Positions 12,655-25,069 of a DNA stretch of 36,836 nucleotides are shown in pieces. The stretch's first letter is position 1; every line of letters starts with the position of its first letter. Both the position numbers and the translations under genes were made by a program. Below the pieces are notes generated by a model. The model was not told the origin of the DNA. It did no database searches and was given only the letters and a program-made list of their open reading frames with translations. The stretch comes from Octopus bimaculoides (taxonomy: Eukaryota): positions 174,626,670 to 174,663,505 of the forward strand of contig NC_068981.1 in the NCBI RefSeq assembly GCF_001194135.2, given 5' to 3'.

Positions 12655-12955
12655 ACGGTCAAATGTGTGAGAAGCTTGCTTTGTAACGAGTTTTTGGGTT
12701 CGATCTCAGTTCGTGGCATTTTGAGCAAATGGCACTTCCCAGAAATTAAACAGAAGTCAGAAATTGACAGAAATTAAACAGAAGTCCTTCGAATGGTGTG
12801 GACCTGTAACTTAATGGTATAGCCTTCTCATGCACATCGTGTCACGCTGATTCTACCTGAGAATTATGTTATGAGTACTCATGTTTTGGAATACTTAGCC
12901 ATTTACCTATTAATACAATGATCTGTTGATCGAAGAACTGGATCGTCATCGACGA
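12655..12955 (+). mobile_element. Diverged chimeric SINE: family B-like head, duplicated linker, family C-like body
   Basis: 12655-12739 resembles the B head (GAGAAGCTTGCTTT...GGGTTCGATCTC...CGTGGCATTTTGAGCAAAT). 12821-12955 aligns with 20712-20870 (GTCACGCTGATTCTACCTGAGAATTATGTT...GTTGATCGAAGAACTGGA). Confidence 0.55.
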
Positions 12956-13847
12956 AATCAACAAAGGACTATACACTCACGTACAGACACTCTCACGTGC
13001 ACATGCATATACATGTGCGCGCGTGTATCTATATGTACAACGAAGCAGTGATAATTAGAAGGAAGGAGTGAAGCAAACAGTTAATGTGAAAAATAAAAAA
13101 AGAGAAAGAAAAAAGAAATAAAGCGCAAGGAAAATATTTAGAAATGATATGAGAAGAAAAAATATCAAAATGTCCACATAAAAAAATATAGAAGCGTTTA
13201 AAACAATTATAAATGATGAACAAATAGTGAAAAGAAATAGCTTATATACTTGAAAACAAGATGGTAAACACACCGGTGTTATAATCTGTCAGGAAAAAAT
13301 AACTAAACGCGTCTTATTTTTTTCTGTTTTCGTTCTTATATTTTTTCGACGTCTGGTAATCGATTGATGGGCGCAGGTCAAGAGCGACCAGCTATATGTC
13401 TATCTATTGAAAAAGTTGTCGGATGTTTTCTAATGTAAGCTGCTTCAAGAGATTAGCAAGTGTTTTGACGTTGCAACTAAAGATAAATAATTATTCTAAA
13501 AACTGTAAAATATTGTTTATTATTCTTGTATTTGATTTTTGTTTTACAGTTGAGAACAACTCCGGAGAAATTCGACGTTTCTCAGCTATTTTCTCTAAGC
13601 TAATAAGTCAAGAAATGTCGAATAAATATATATGTTTTCAGGCACGAACACTTCTCGTGCTGTATTGTGAAGGAAAGAAAAACTCTTGCGGTTTCTTCTC
13701 GCATTGACTCATAATTTCAAACACAGGCCGAAGCAAGCGTATTTGTATGTATACATGTATGTGTATACATAAACATATAAACACACACATACACACTCAC
13801 ACATGCGCACTCGCACGCACACTTATATACCTGTATACATGTGTGTG

Positions 13848-13891
<44 letters not shown>

Positions 13892-13895
13892 TATA

Positions 13896-14242
13896 GTTGC
13901 AAGTGTGACTGTGTGGTAAGAAGTTTGCTTCCCTACTACATGGTCCTAGGTTCAGTGACATTGCGTGGCCTTAGGAGTGGATTTGATAGACGGAAACTGA
14001 AAGAAGGCTGTCATATGTGCGTACGTGTGCGTTCGTCTTAGATTCTGTGAGTGTCCTCTATCATCAGTTGACTAGCGGTTTTAGTGCGGTAATATCCCCG
14101 TAAGTTAGCGGTTCGACGAAAAGATACCGATAGCATTAGCACCACGCTGTAGAAGAAAGGGATAATTACTAGGGTCAGTTCGTTCGATTAGAATAAAATC
14201 GGTACTCCAGCATGGTCACACTCTAATGACTGAGACATGCAA
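13896..14242 (+). mobile_element. SINE family B with an internal deletion in the head
   Basis: GTGTGGTAAGAAGTTTGCTTCCC...GGTTCAGTGAC, then GATTTGATAGACGGAAACTGAAAGAAG, CCCCGTAAGTTAGCGGTTCG, and tail GTACTCCAGCATGGTCAC...TGACTGAGACA. Confidence 0.8.
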
Positions 14243-14279
14243 TATATGTATACATACATACATACAAATATATATATAT

Positions 14280-15118
14280 NNNNNNNNNNNNNNNNNNNNN
14301 NNNNNNNNNNNNNNNNNNNNNNNNNNNNNNNNNNNNNNNNNNNNNNNNNNNNNNNNNNNNNNNNNNNNNNNNNNNNNNNNNNNNNNNNNNNNNNNNNNNN
14401 NNNNNNNNNNNNNNNNNNNNNNNNNNNNNNNNNNNNNNNNNNNNNNNNNNNNNNNNNNNNNNNNNNNNNNNNNNNNNNNNNNNNNNNNNNNNNNNNNNNN
14501 NNNNNNNNNNNNNNNNNNNNNNNNNNNNNNNNNNNNNNNNNNNNNNNNNNNNNNNNNNNNNNNNNNNNNNNNNNNNNNNNNNNNNNNNNNNNNNNNNNNN
14601 NNNNNNNNNNNNNNNNNNNNNNNNNNNNNNNNNNNNNNNNNNNNNNNNNNNNNNNNNNNNNNNNNNNNNNNNNNNNNNNNNNNNNNNNNNNNNNNNNNNN
14701 NNNNNNNNNNNNNNNNNNNNNNNNNNNNNNNNNNNNNNNNNNNNNNNNNNNNNNNNNNNNNNNNNNNNNNNNNNNNNNNNNNNNNNNNNNNNNNNNNNNN
14801 NNNNNNNNNNNNNNNNNNNNNNNNNNNNNNNNNNNNNNNNNNNNNNNNNNNNNNNNNNNNNNNNNNNNNNNNNNNNNNNNNNNNNNNNNNNNNNNNNNNN
14901 NNNNNNNNNNNNNNNNNNNNNNNNNNNNNNNNNNNNNNNNNNNNNNNNNNNNNNNNNNNNNNNNNNNNNNNNNNNNNNNNNNNNNNNNNNNNNNNNNNNN
15001 NNNNNNNNNNNNNNNNNNNNNNNNNNNNNNNNNNNNNNNNNNNNNNNNNNNNNNNNNNNNNNNNNNNNNNNNNNNNNNNNNNNNNNNNNNNNNNNNNNNN
15101 NNNNNNNNNNNNNNNNNN
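14280..15118. other. Largest assembly gap (839 N). Other gaps: 1981-1990, 2898-2907, 11549-11733, 18000-18009, 18599-18873, 19854-19863, 23013-23022, 23670-23679, 24979-24988, 32344-32395
   Basis: N runs, most of them flanked by simple repeats. Confidence 0.99.
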
Positions 15119-15280
15119 AAAAAAAAACGTGAGGACGTGATACAGATTGTGTTACTGGACGCTCGGGAAAGGAAAGAAAGAGACAATGACGTTTCGAGCG
15201 GAGCTCTTCGTCGGAAACAAAGAAAGTCCAAAGAAGGGAAAGACGGAGGAAGAAAAAATCGCCAACGATATCCACAAGAT
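15119..15280 (-). mobile_element. Penelope-like element 3' terminal (pLTR-like) fragment
   Basis: The pyrimidine-rich minus strand contains GCTCGAAACGT followed by TTCCCGAGCGT. The same two motifs (GCTCGAAACGT...TTCCTGAGCGT) lie in the tail of the GIY-YIG-bearing PLE at 19787-19823. Confidence 0.6.
15187..15214 (-). ncRNA. Minimal type I hammerhead-ribozyme-like core
   Basis: Minus strand CCGACGA-A-GAGC-UCC-GCUC-GAAAC-GUC-A has a 4-bp stem II, GAAA, a palindromic ACGU and a GUC triplet. Deviations: CCGACGA instead of CUGANGA, and no clear stem I. Confidence 0.4.
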
Positions 15281-15736
15281 GCATACATACATACATACAT
15301 CTATACATACATCCATCCATCCATCCATACATACATACATACACACATACATACATACGTACATGCGCACACGTACTCACGTACATATACGTATTCACAT
15401 TCTAAAGGTAAATTTTGATAACTCAAAGAACACAACATGTTTATTCAATAATTCTGACAGAAACAATTCGGTACCTTATGTCCAACGCTATTCTTGAAAA
15501 AAAAAAAAAAATAATAATAATAATTTGACTTATTATTGGATAAAGAACAATAAGAATTCTGTTGTGAGCTACAGAAGTTTGCTGGCATTTGTGGAAATGC
15601 TAAGAAATAATCGCTTTCTCATTTAATAAACTAGGTCAACAAGAAGTAATTAAACTGAACAGCCGTAAATGGTTCACTGCACAAATTACGAAAGTTAACT
15701 CTGTGTATGTCTGTGTGTCTCTCTCTATCTATATAT

Positions 15737-15773
<37 letters not shown>

Positions 15774-16039
15774 CATGTATGTATTTACACATGGTAGATT
15801 GAGGACATTCTAGCTTAAGTATAATAACGCAATATTAGCGGATGGGGCTGACTCAATACTTGAGGAAAGATTCAAATTCATTGGAAACTTCATGTTGACT
15901 GGAACGTTATTATATGTGTCTCTGAGTGTGTGCATGTATGTGTATGTGTGTGTGTGTGTGTGTGAGTGCATGGTGTCTTTGTATGTCTATGTATGTATGT
16001 ACCCAGTTTATCTTTTGCACACACACCTATCTTTCTTTC

Positions 16040-16322
<283 letters not shown>

Positions 16323-16554
16323 AACATAGCCGTTACTTGCAAGCGAGTATGACAAGGTAGGTAGTACCACACTTTTGCTAAGTATTTGAGACACTTATGT
16401 GGTCGCATACCTCCTCCTTGGAGAAACCTTTCCTTTAAGCAATTTAAGAAAATATGAAGGACAGTTATCACACTTGTTGATTTCCAGTCTGAATTGAATA
16501 AGACGTTTTATAAATAATATAGTAGTTTTCCTTGTAATGTAAAACTCTTTCACT

Positions 16555-16606
16555 TTCATGGCAGTGAATAAGAGATCCATCTTCATGGCAGTGAATAAGG
16601 GATCCA
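16555..16606. repeat. 27-bp-period tandem duplication, TTCATGGCAGTGAATAAGRGATCCA x2
   Basis: Copies start at 16555 and 16582, with one mismatch. Confidence 0.9.
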
Positions 16607-17268
16607 CACGCACATACATACACACAGTAAATATACTGACACACACACTCACGCGCACAAACAGAGACACAGGCAGACAGACACGCACACACAGTTATAT
16701 GCCCTTACTTCGCAAAGATTTTTGTTGTGAGTCATTAACAAGTTTTTCCTGCTGTTAATCTTTCGTAATTTTGTGGAACTCTTGTATTTTGGAGAATCAT
16801 AATGCCTCGTTTCCCTTTCAACATCATCTTGGTCAATAATTGGAATCATGAAACGAATAAATAGAAAAAAAAAAAAAGGAAAAAGAATAGCGGGAAAGCA
16901 CAGATATTAAAATAAAGTAACTCTTGGCAAATTACAAAGAAATTCATATAACCTTTTATATGATGGCATATTAAAATCGATAGCGAGTATTGCATTGTTT
17001 TGAAATATAAAAAAAAAATTTGTAAGTATTGTATATTTTAATAATAAATATATTTTGAAAATAATATTCGTGGTGGTAAATACGACCTTTACATAGTGAG
17101 GGAAAATCGAAGCTCAGACGTAGCGTCCGATCTACTGAGGTGATTTGTGATGAGATTAGTATTTGTAGCGTGATTTTTTTAGAGGTTTATTTGTCTGTTA
17201 CTTATACCTGTAAACATGAATGCATGTGCACATAAACATAAACATATATACATGCACACTTATAGACA

Positions 17269-17320
<52 letters not shown>

Positions 17321-18561
17321 TGTGTGTATGTGTCTATATGTGTGTGTGTATACGTGTGCGTGTATCAGTGTATGCATCTATGTTTGAGCAGAATATTTTG
17401 TTTATTTGTATATATTTACTTCTGTATTTATCTTCTGTTAGTACAAATAACGTAGTATAGTTGTCTTTGTGTGTGATTAAGTCAGAATAGAAATGGATAC
17501 TTTCACAAATTGTTACATTGTTTTGTACTTCCGCCATTTTGTTCATTTCGTTTAGGAGCCCTGTAACGTTTCGTTTTAAGTATTTCTTGATGTAGACACT
17601 TCATTTGGCAATCGACTAAAGAGATATTGGTTACCGATAGTTTAAAGAGTCCTCAATTAGTGAGTACCGTGCTAGAAATATCTATTGTCAAAGTTTCAAT
17701 TTCCGGACATTGAGTGTTAATTGCTTAATCTTTCGTTATTCATGAATTAATGAAGTTAAATTTCACTCAATTACTTGTAAGTAAATCTTCCAAATTACTG
17801 AATAATTATCCTTTGAAAAGGAAAAGAAAAAAACATTTCAGGGTCAGTTCAGTGCATTTCCAGCCAAGTTCATAAAATGTGCTATAAAAGCTTTCTAAAT
17901 ACGAAAAAGATGAAGAAAAAAAAAATAAGCAAAAAGAAATAGAAATTAGAAGAAATTAGAAGTCGAAGAAATATGTGGTCAATTATGTATGTGGATCGTN
18001 NNNNNNNNNTGTCTAATAGAAATCTTTATGAACTTGAAAGGTGGAAAGTGAAAAAAAAAAGAAAAAAAAGAGTAAATGAGAATAAGATAAGAAAAAAAAA
18101 AAGTAAATGAGAATAAAATAAAAGAATAAAAAAGGAAAGGAAGCAGAAAAGAAAAATAAGTAAATTCGAATAAAAATAGAAATTAAACGGTAAAACTAAT
18201 ACACTGCAGCAGCGAACGTGAAGGATTCTTCTTCGCATGAACTACACAAAAAGTATGGAGAACAACCAGAATCTGAACATGCCAGAAGGAATACGCATAA
18301 ACTTACCCACGCATAGAATAATGCATACATATAGATTTACACTAGAAGATACATATAAATATATACATTGGATTAAATATTTGAAATAGGGAATGTTTTG
18401 AAAAGTATAGAAGTAATATGATTTTATATAACGTATTCTGTTATATATATATTTATTTGTGCGCTCATTTGGAACCAGAGCAGTAATCATTCTCAAGTGC
18501 ATACGTGCATCTTTCACTAGATACCTCGCTCCCTCTCTATATTCACGCATACATTCATGCA

Positions 18562-18598
<37 letters not shown>

Positions 18599-18965
18599 NN
18601 NNNNNNNNNNNNNNNNNNNNNNNNNNNNNNNNNNNNNNNNNNNNNNNNNNNNNNNNNNNNNNNNNNNNNNNNNNNNNNNNNNNNNNNNNNNNNNNNNNNN
18701 NNNNNNNNNNNNNNNNNNNNNNNNNNNNNNNNNNNNNNNNNNNNNNNNNNNNNNNNNNNNNNNNNNNNNNNNNNNNNNNNNNNNNNNNNNNNNNNNNNNN
18801 NNNNNNNNNNNNNNNNNNNNNNNNNNNNNNNNNNNNNNNNNNNNNNNNNNNNNNNNNNNNNNNNNNNNNNNNNAAAGGAGTTACGACGCAAAAACGTATA
18901 AATTCAAATGAACATATTTATCTTCAATATATATTTCAGTATAAATAATTCATTAAGAGACTTAA

Positions 18966-19853
18966 ATCTCCTGCTCTCTCTGCCATTCTCTGTACATCGG
19001 ACAAACGGGACGCCGCTTGGCTGACCGGTTCGCGGAACACCTCCGAGACATCCGCTTCGGCAATGACACCCCGGTCACACGCCATTTCCGCTCTACCGGT
19101 CACTCTTTGCAACACCTGATCGTGTTTGGATTGTCTTTGCACAGGGGCCATCCAAACTCCCGTCTGAGCCGTGAACAGGGATTAATCTTCTCTCTTCGCT
19201 CCTTTGCGCCACATAGGCTTAACTCTCATCCCCTCTTCATCTAACCTCCGCCCCTTGCCTCTCTTCCCCTCCCACCTACTTCCTCCCATCTACCTCACCT
19301 CTCTTGCTCCGACTCCTACTTCTCTTCACTCTTAATTCTCTTGACCCCTACTCTCTTTCTCTCTTCTCTCTTACTCTCTTTCTCTCTTGTCTCTTACCCA
19401 CCTTCCCCTTGCCCTTGCTTTCTTCACTCTCGCCTCCCCACTTCCCAACACCATCACACCACACCACACTACACCATATCACGTAACACATCACAACACA
19501 CTACCAGGAACACACCAGCACTGACCAATTCCCATCCCCACATTTTCACACCTACACATACACACACGCACACATCAAGATCACCAGCCCTCTTTCACAC
19601 GCACATACGCACTCTCTTACACACACGCGCACCTTCGTTTTGGGGTCACTACTACTTTGTTATCTCCCCTTCTTAGCTCTCCTGTGTGACCCTTCAGTCC
19701 GGCATTCGCCATGATAAATCGCCTACCATTACACATTTTTTCCCTCTCCTTGTTTCTCTCGTTGTTTCTTTTTGTGTTCCTTTCTGGCTCGAAACGTTAA
19801 AGACTTTTTCAATTCCTGAGCGTTATACTAATACATCTGTTTGTTTTCTAGAC
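18966..19853 (+). mobile_element. 5'-truncated Penelope-like element: GIY-YIG endonuclease C-terminus plus 3' UTR/pLTR
   Basis: Open frame 18966-19244 reads ISCSLCHSLYIGQTGRRLADRFAEHLRDIRFGNDTPVTRHFRSTGHSLQHL...REQGLIFSLRSFAPHRLN. The CxxC, YIG, R..EH and RE..LI pattern is that of PLE GIY-YIG domains. A CT/CAC-rich UTR and a GCTCGAAACGT tail follow. Confidence 0.9.
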
Positions 19854-20552
19854 NNNNNNNNNNTTTCTTTTGCCCTTGCTTATAATTGTTTATAATTTTC
19901 AACTGTAAATATATTTTAATATGCTGGCCAGTTTGACGGAATTTTTTGGGAAAAATGTTTTATCTTATATATATTATATATATGGGTGGGTGTCAAAATA
20001 CATATGTGTATCTGTGCGTATACACACATGTAAAGAGATAGAAATTGAGAGACAGTTTACATAACCTGCTTAGCCACAATAGCATACATCGATGCATGTC
20101 GTGCAAAAGCGAAAACGATGTCAAAATTGAACACTACATTAGGGGGTGTCGTGTTTTGTGTGTTACAGAATAGATATAAAATCTCGGGGTTTAACAATTT
20201 TTAGGTTTATATCTTCAAACAATATTCCATAGGTTAGTACACGACATGGATATTATTTTTATCCATTTATGCAGCTTCAAATTATCATTTAATGTAAGAA
20301 CCAAATGTTGTCTTCTTTCTCCTTATCGATGTTGGTTTATTTCGTTGACGCAAGAACAGATATCTTTTCAGTAATGGTATAGCCGACTTAATATAATCAT
20401 TGTCTATTGCTAGTAATTATTTTTGTCATATCGGAAGATTTCAAAAGACTCTGACTACGGTGGAATATAAATTTAGAACAAAAGATAACGATACTAAACA
20501 CCAATTAATATGTTACATGCTATGCCGACTCTATCAATCACTATTCTTTGTG

Positions 20553-20873
20553 AAGGCGCGTGGTTTAGTGGTTAGGGCGTTCGGTTGACGGTTGTAATGT
20601 CAAGAGTTCAATTCCCGGTAGTGCGTTGTGTCCTTGAGCATCACACTTTATTTCACGTTGCGCCAGTCTACTCAGCTGGCAAAAATGAGTAGCATCTGTA
20701 TTTCAAAGGGCCAGTCTTCTCACATTGTGCGTTACGCTGAATCTCCCTGAGAACTACGTTAAGGGTACAAGTGTCTGTGGAGCGCTCAGTCACTGGCACG
20801 TTAATTTCACAAGCAGGGTGTTCCGTCGATCGGATCAACTGGAACCCTCGTCGTCGTAACCGACGGAGTGACA
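20553..20873 (+). mobile_element. tRNA-derived SINE, family C, near full length
   Basis: A-box TGGTTTAGTGG (20561-20571) and B-box GTTCAATTCCC (20606-20616). These are followed by GTGTCCTTGAGCATCACACTT and CTCAGCTGGCAAAAATGAGTAG (CORE-like, by recall), then a conserved body ending GGAACCCTCGTCGTCGTAACCGACGGAGTG. Confidence 0.8.
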
Positions 20874-21072
20874 GTTGGTTATTTTTACTTCAAATCCTTC
20901 TGTGTTACAGACGCAGTTTCTACGTCGGCATCCGAAATACTCGAATTTATGTACGCATTTATCTATAAATATATGTACGTAGTCATGTATGTGTAGATGT
21001 ATATCTGTGTATATGTGCACGATTTGAAAGTCACGTTAAGATGTTGGAATCTGCTACAACTTTATTCGTCTC

Positions 21073-21283
21073 AGTTAACAGCACAATCATTAGCGCATCG
21101 AGCAAAATGTTTAGCGGCATTTCGTCCTTCTTTTCATTCTAGGTTTACATTCCGCCGACCTTGATTTTGCCTTTAATTCTTTCGGAGGGTCGATAAAATA
21201 AGTACCAATCGAGAATGGAGTCAATGAAACCAACTTGCAACTTCCCCAAACTTGCTGGACTTGTGCAAAAATTTGAAACCAAT
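21073..21283 (+). mobile_element. SINE family A, diverged
   Basis: GCAAAATGTTTAGCGGCATTTCGTCC...TTCCGCCGACCTTGATTTTGCCTTT...GGGTCGATAAAATAAGTACCAA...TTGTGCAAAAATTTGAAACCAATT. Confidence 0.75.
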
Positions 21284-22069
21284 TAATTACATAAGATATG
21301 CAACTAAAAGAGTGTTGGAATCGTTGTTACCGTTGTTGATGTTCTTGCTACTGCTGCTACTATGGTTGCTAGTACTGCTGGTGTTGCTGTGGTTGAATAT
21401 CCTTCAACTGGTTCTGATTGAATAGAAATAACATATTAAGAATTTCAGCCATTATCATATCGTCTTATTTTCAGGCATCGCATCATCCTATATATTCATG
21501 TACCACATTATCCACTACTTTCCATTTTCATTTCACTATTAACTGGGTGCAGTTAAAAGTAGTATAATTGGCAAATATTTCTAGCAAACAGAACACTTTT
21601 TTAGGAGCTCCATCATTGGTCCTTAAAAAAAAAATACATAAAAGGGATTGTTTATATTGCGGATCTTATTGTTCCAGGAAGGAAATAATTGATCAAACAT
21701 GTGTTGAATAAAACTCAGTAACCATTGTTACTAACCATACCGAGATGTGTGAGGTACAGAGTGCATATATTTTAATTAGACGTACGGCATTCCAGTTTGC
21801 TTATCTTTTTGTTTCAGTAACTGCGGCAACATTGGATATATGTTTAACGATTTTTTTTTTTCAGGACTGAAAGGTTTAACCGATTGAAATTAACTGGGAT
21901 GATGGTGTGTTTTGAGCTTTGATATTAGTAAATGGGGAGAAAAATTAAGATAGGTACGTGCTTCTAAGAAATTCTGTTCTGTGAAGGAATCATTAGAAGT
22001 GAAACGAGTAGTAGAAAGATGAGTACATCCAGCGGATTTAGGTGGAAGCAGGATAAAGAATATATCTCG

Positions 22070-22170
<101 letters not shown>

Positions 22171-23397
22171 TATATGATTATATATGTAAGCACATATAGA
22201 AATGGATGTGTACATATTTTTTTATAGTGATCTTGTTCTAGTTCAAAGATAAAGTCATAGCACATGATATTGAAATATATTTCTTCTGATAAATACATAC
22301 GTACACACATGCTGGAACATTTGAATACAAACTCAGTCATCGCACACATACACATAGATGCATACTTACATACACACTCAGGTACGCACTGGCACACACA
22401 CACGTATAATTCTAGTTTATATATATAAATTAATAACTTACGCTTTTTTACACATATTCATGTATAAGAGAAAATTAACCTAGATTCCTGAAAGATTGAA
22501 AGCAACATTCAAAATCTTAATGCAAGGCTTCTACATGTGTATACGATTCTTATGCAGTGTTGAGCGATAGTTTTGAATATTAAACAGAAAATACATACGA
22601 AAAAAAGAAACAAAACAAGCAAAAAATAAACAAACAAACAATAGTGTATAGAGTTAGATGAGCGATGTTTTGAAATTTCTATTTGACTTTTCACAAGCAA
22701 TTCCGTCAGAAGATTTACTGGGTCGGAAAAATCTCGGTATAATTCGATTTTATGGCCGGAGTATTTGTCTTTTGATGCTTTCTCGCGAAGTGAATTAAAC
22801 GAAATCACTCAACCAGCAAGTCTATTCGTCTATTTCTTTACGCATGCGTTGCTTTTTGCTTCCGAGTTTCTTTCCCTTCAGCGAGTTCACAATAACACGC
22901 ACCCAACCCAGTTCATCGTCAATCAGCCAGTTAGTCAATTAGCAAGTAAGGGAGAGAGAGAGAGGGGGTAGAGAGTGAGGGAGAGTGAGAGAGGGAGAGA
23001 GAGAGAGAGAGANNNNNNNNNNAGAGAGAGAGAGAGAGAGGGAGAGACAGAGAGACAGAGAGAGAGAAATTTAAAAAAAACAACCCAAAACAAAGTAAAC
23101 TCTACACGTGATGCCGGGGAAAAAGGCATGGAGCTATAAACGTCAGAATAGTAAATGCTGAACATTTAATTTTGTGATGAGAATTGCACATAAATTTCGC
23201 AATTGCTCTGCTATTTTCTTTGGTCAATACAGCATTGAATAATAGTTCGTTCCGTTACGGCGCAGCGAAACACTGTGTGTCGTTATTTTTACCAACACTT
23301 AAAGCTTTTAACTTTCTTTATATTAATGTGTTGTTGGTGAAACCAGAAACGAAAGCAATACAATTTTGCTCTAATTGAATGTTTTCTATCTCGCTTA

Positions 23398-23941
23398 GCA
23401 TGTATGTATGCATGTATGTATGTATGTATGTATGCATGTATGTATGTATGTATGTATGTATGCATGTATGTATGTATGTATGTATGTATGTCTGTATGTA
23501 TGTATGTATGTATGTATGTATGTATGCATGTATGTATGTATGTATGTATGCATGTATGTATGTATGTATGTCTGTATGTATGCATGTATGTATGTATGTA
23601 TGTATGTATGTATGTATGTATGCATGTATGTATGTATGTATGTATGTATGTATGTATGTATGTATGCATNNNNNNNNNNTGTATGTATGTATGTATGTAT
23701 GTATGTATGTATGTATGTATGTATGTATGTATGCATGTATGTATGTATGCATGTATGCATGTATGTATGTATGTCTGTATGCATGTATGTATGTGTTTGT
23801 GCATGCGTGCGTATGTTTAAGCATGCATGCATGTATTTATGTACGTACGTATGTGTATATGTATCCACACGTACATGTATATACATGCACACACACACAT
23901 ACACACACACGCGCGCTCACACACACATACACACACACGCA

Positions 23942-23975
<34 letters not shown>
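23398..23975. repeat. Long (ATGT)n array with ATGC/CTGT variants, followed by a (CA)n-rich tract
   Basis: Directly visible; it explains all the YVCM/HTYI ORFs at 23289-24211. Confidence 0.97.
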
Positions 23976-23979
<4 letters not shown>

Positions 23980-24064
23980 CACTCCATACATGTATTTATG
24001 TATGTATAGATGTATGTATGCAAGCATGTGTGTATCTCTTTCGCTCTTCTTATATGCGTTTCCA

Positions 24065-24170
24065 ATGCCTATGGCCATGCTGGGGCACTGCCTTGAAGGT
24101 TTTAGTCTAAAAAACCGACCCCAGGACTTAATTTTAAAAGCTGTTGCCTATTCTATCGATCTCTTTTTGT
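24065..24170 (-). mobile_element. SINE family B, 3' fragment
   Basis: GGCCATGCTGGGGCACTGCCTTGAAGG...CGACCCCAGGACTT...TATTCTATCGATCTCTTTT matches the B tail at 8130-8240. Confidence 0.7.
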
Positions 24171-24289
24171 TAGGTTACGCGGACGCGAAGAAACAAATAC
24201 CCGTTTTTTAGCATTTGTAGGCGCCAAATATAAACACAAATGCACACACACATATACATATATGTTTACATATATTTATGTATGCATTC

Positions 24290-24401
24290 ATGCATGCATG
24301 CATGCATGTAAGTATGTATGTATGGATGGATGGATGGATGGATGGACGGATGGATGGATGGATGTATTCATGCATGCATGCATACATAAAGAGAGAGAGA
24401 A

Positions 24402-24434
<33 letters not shown>

Positions 24435-24523
24435 AAAAGAAAGACAGAGAGAGAGAAAGATAGAGAGAGAGAGAGAGAGAAAGAAAGAAAGAGAGAGAGA
24501 GAGAAAGATAGAGAGAGAGAGAG

Positions 24524-24592
<69 letters not shown>
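24290..24592. repeat. Compound (ATGC)/(ATGG)/(AG,AAAG) microsatellite
   Basis: Directly visible. Confidence 0.95.
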
Positions 24593-24597
<5 letters not shown>

Positions 24598-24911
24598 CGT
24601 TGTATGTACATCATTTTCCCACTAGAACGTGATTGGTATCTGCCATAAGAACTACCGACCTCAAAAGGACTGAGATTTCTATAACTGAGGAGGCGGAATG
24701 ACGCCAAACACCCGTATCTGTTAGTCTGCTGACGTTTTTTGGTGATTGACGTGCTGTAATACATAATGTCAACGACAGAAACAAAATTCAAGAAGAAATA
24801 GAAGATGGTGTAGACTTACAGGAAGACAATCAAATATAGATATCAACTAAAAAATATCGGATTTGAAAATCATGTATAGCTAGAGACACAATTTCTACCA
24901 TTGTATGTTGC

Positions 24912-24978
<67 letters not shown>

Positions 24979-24988
24979 NNNNNNNNNN

Positions 24989-25028
<40 letters not shown>

Positions 25029-25069
25029 GCACATTAGTATACGCAAAGGATATGAACTGATATATACTA

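Noticed and set aside
14188-15497. Long ORFs of 300-390 aa, including KREDVIQIVLLDARERKERD...
   Set aside because: The length comes from the N run. The real part is the antisense reading of a PLE tail plus (CATA)n.
20553-20625. tRNA-like sequence
   Set aside because: It has A and B boxes but no complete cloverleaf or acceptor stem, and it continues into a SINE body, so it is a SINE head rather than a tRNA gene.
23289-24211. YVCM/HTYI-repeat ORFs of up to 267 aa
   Set aside because: They are translations of (ATGT)n, which has no stop codon in any frame.
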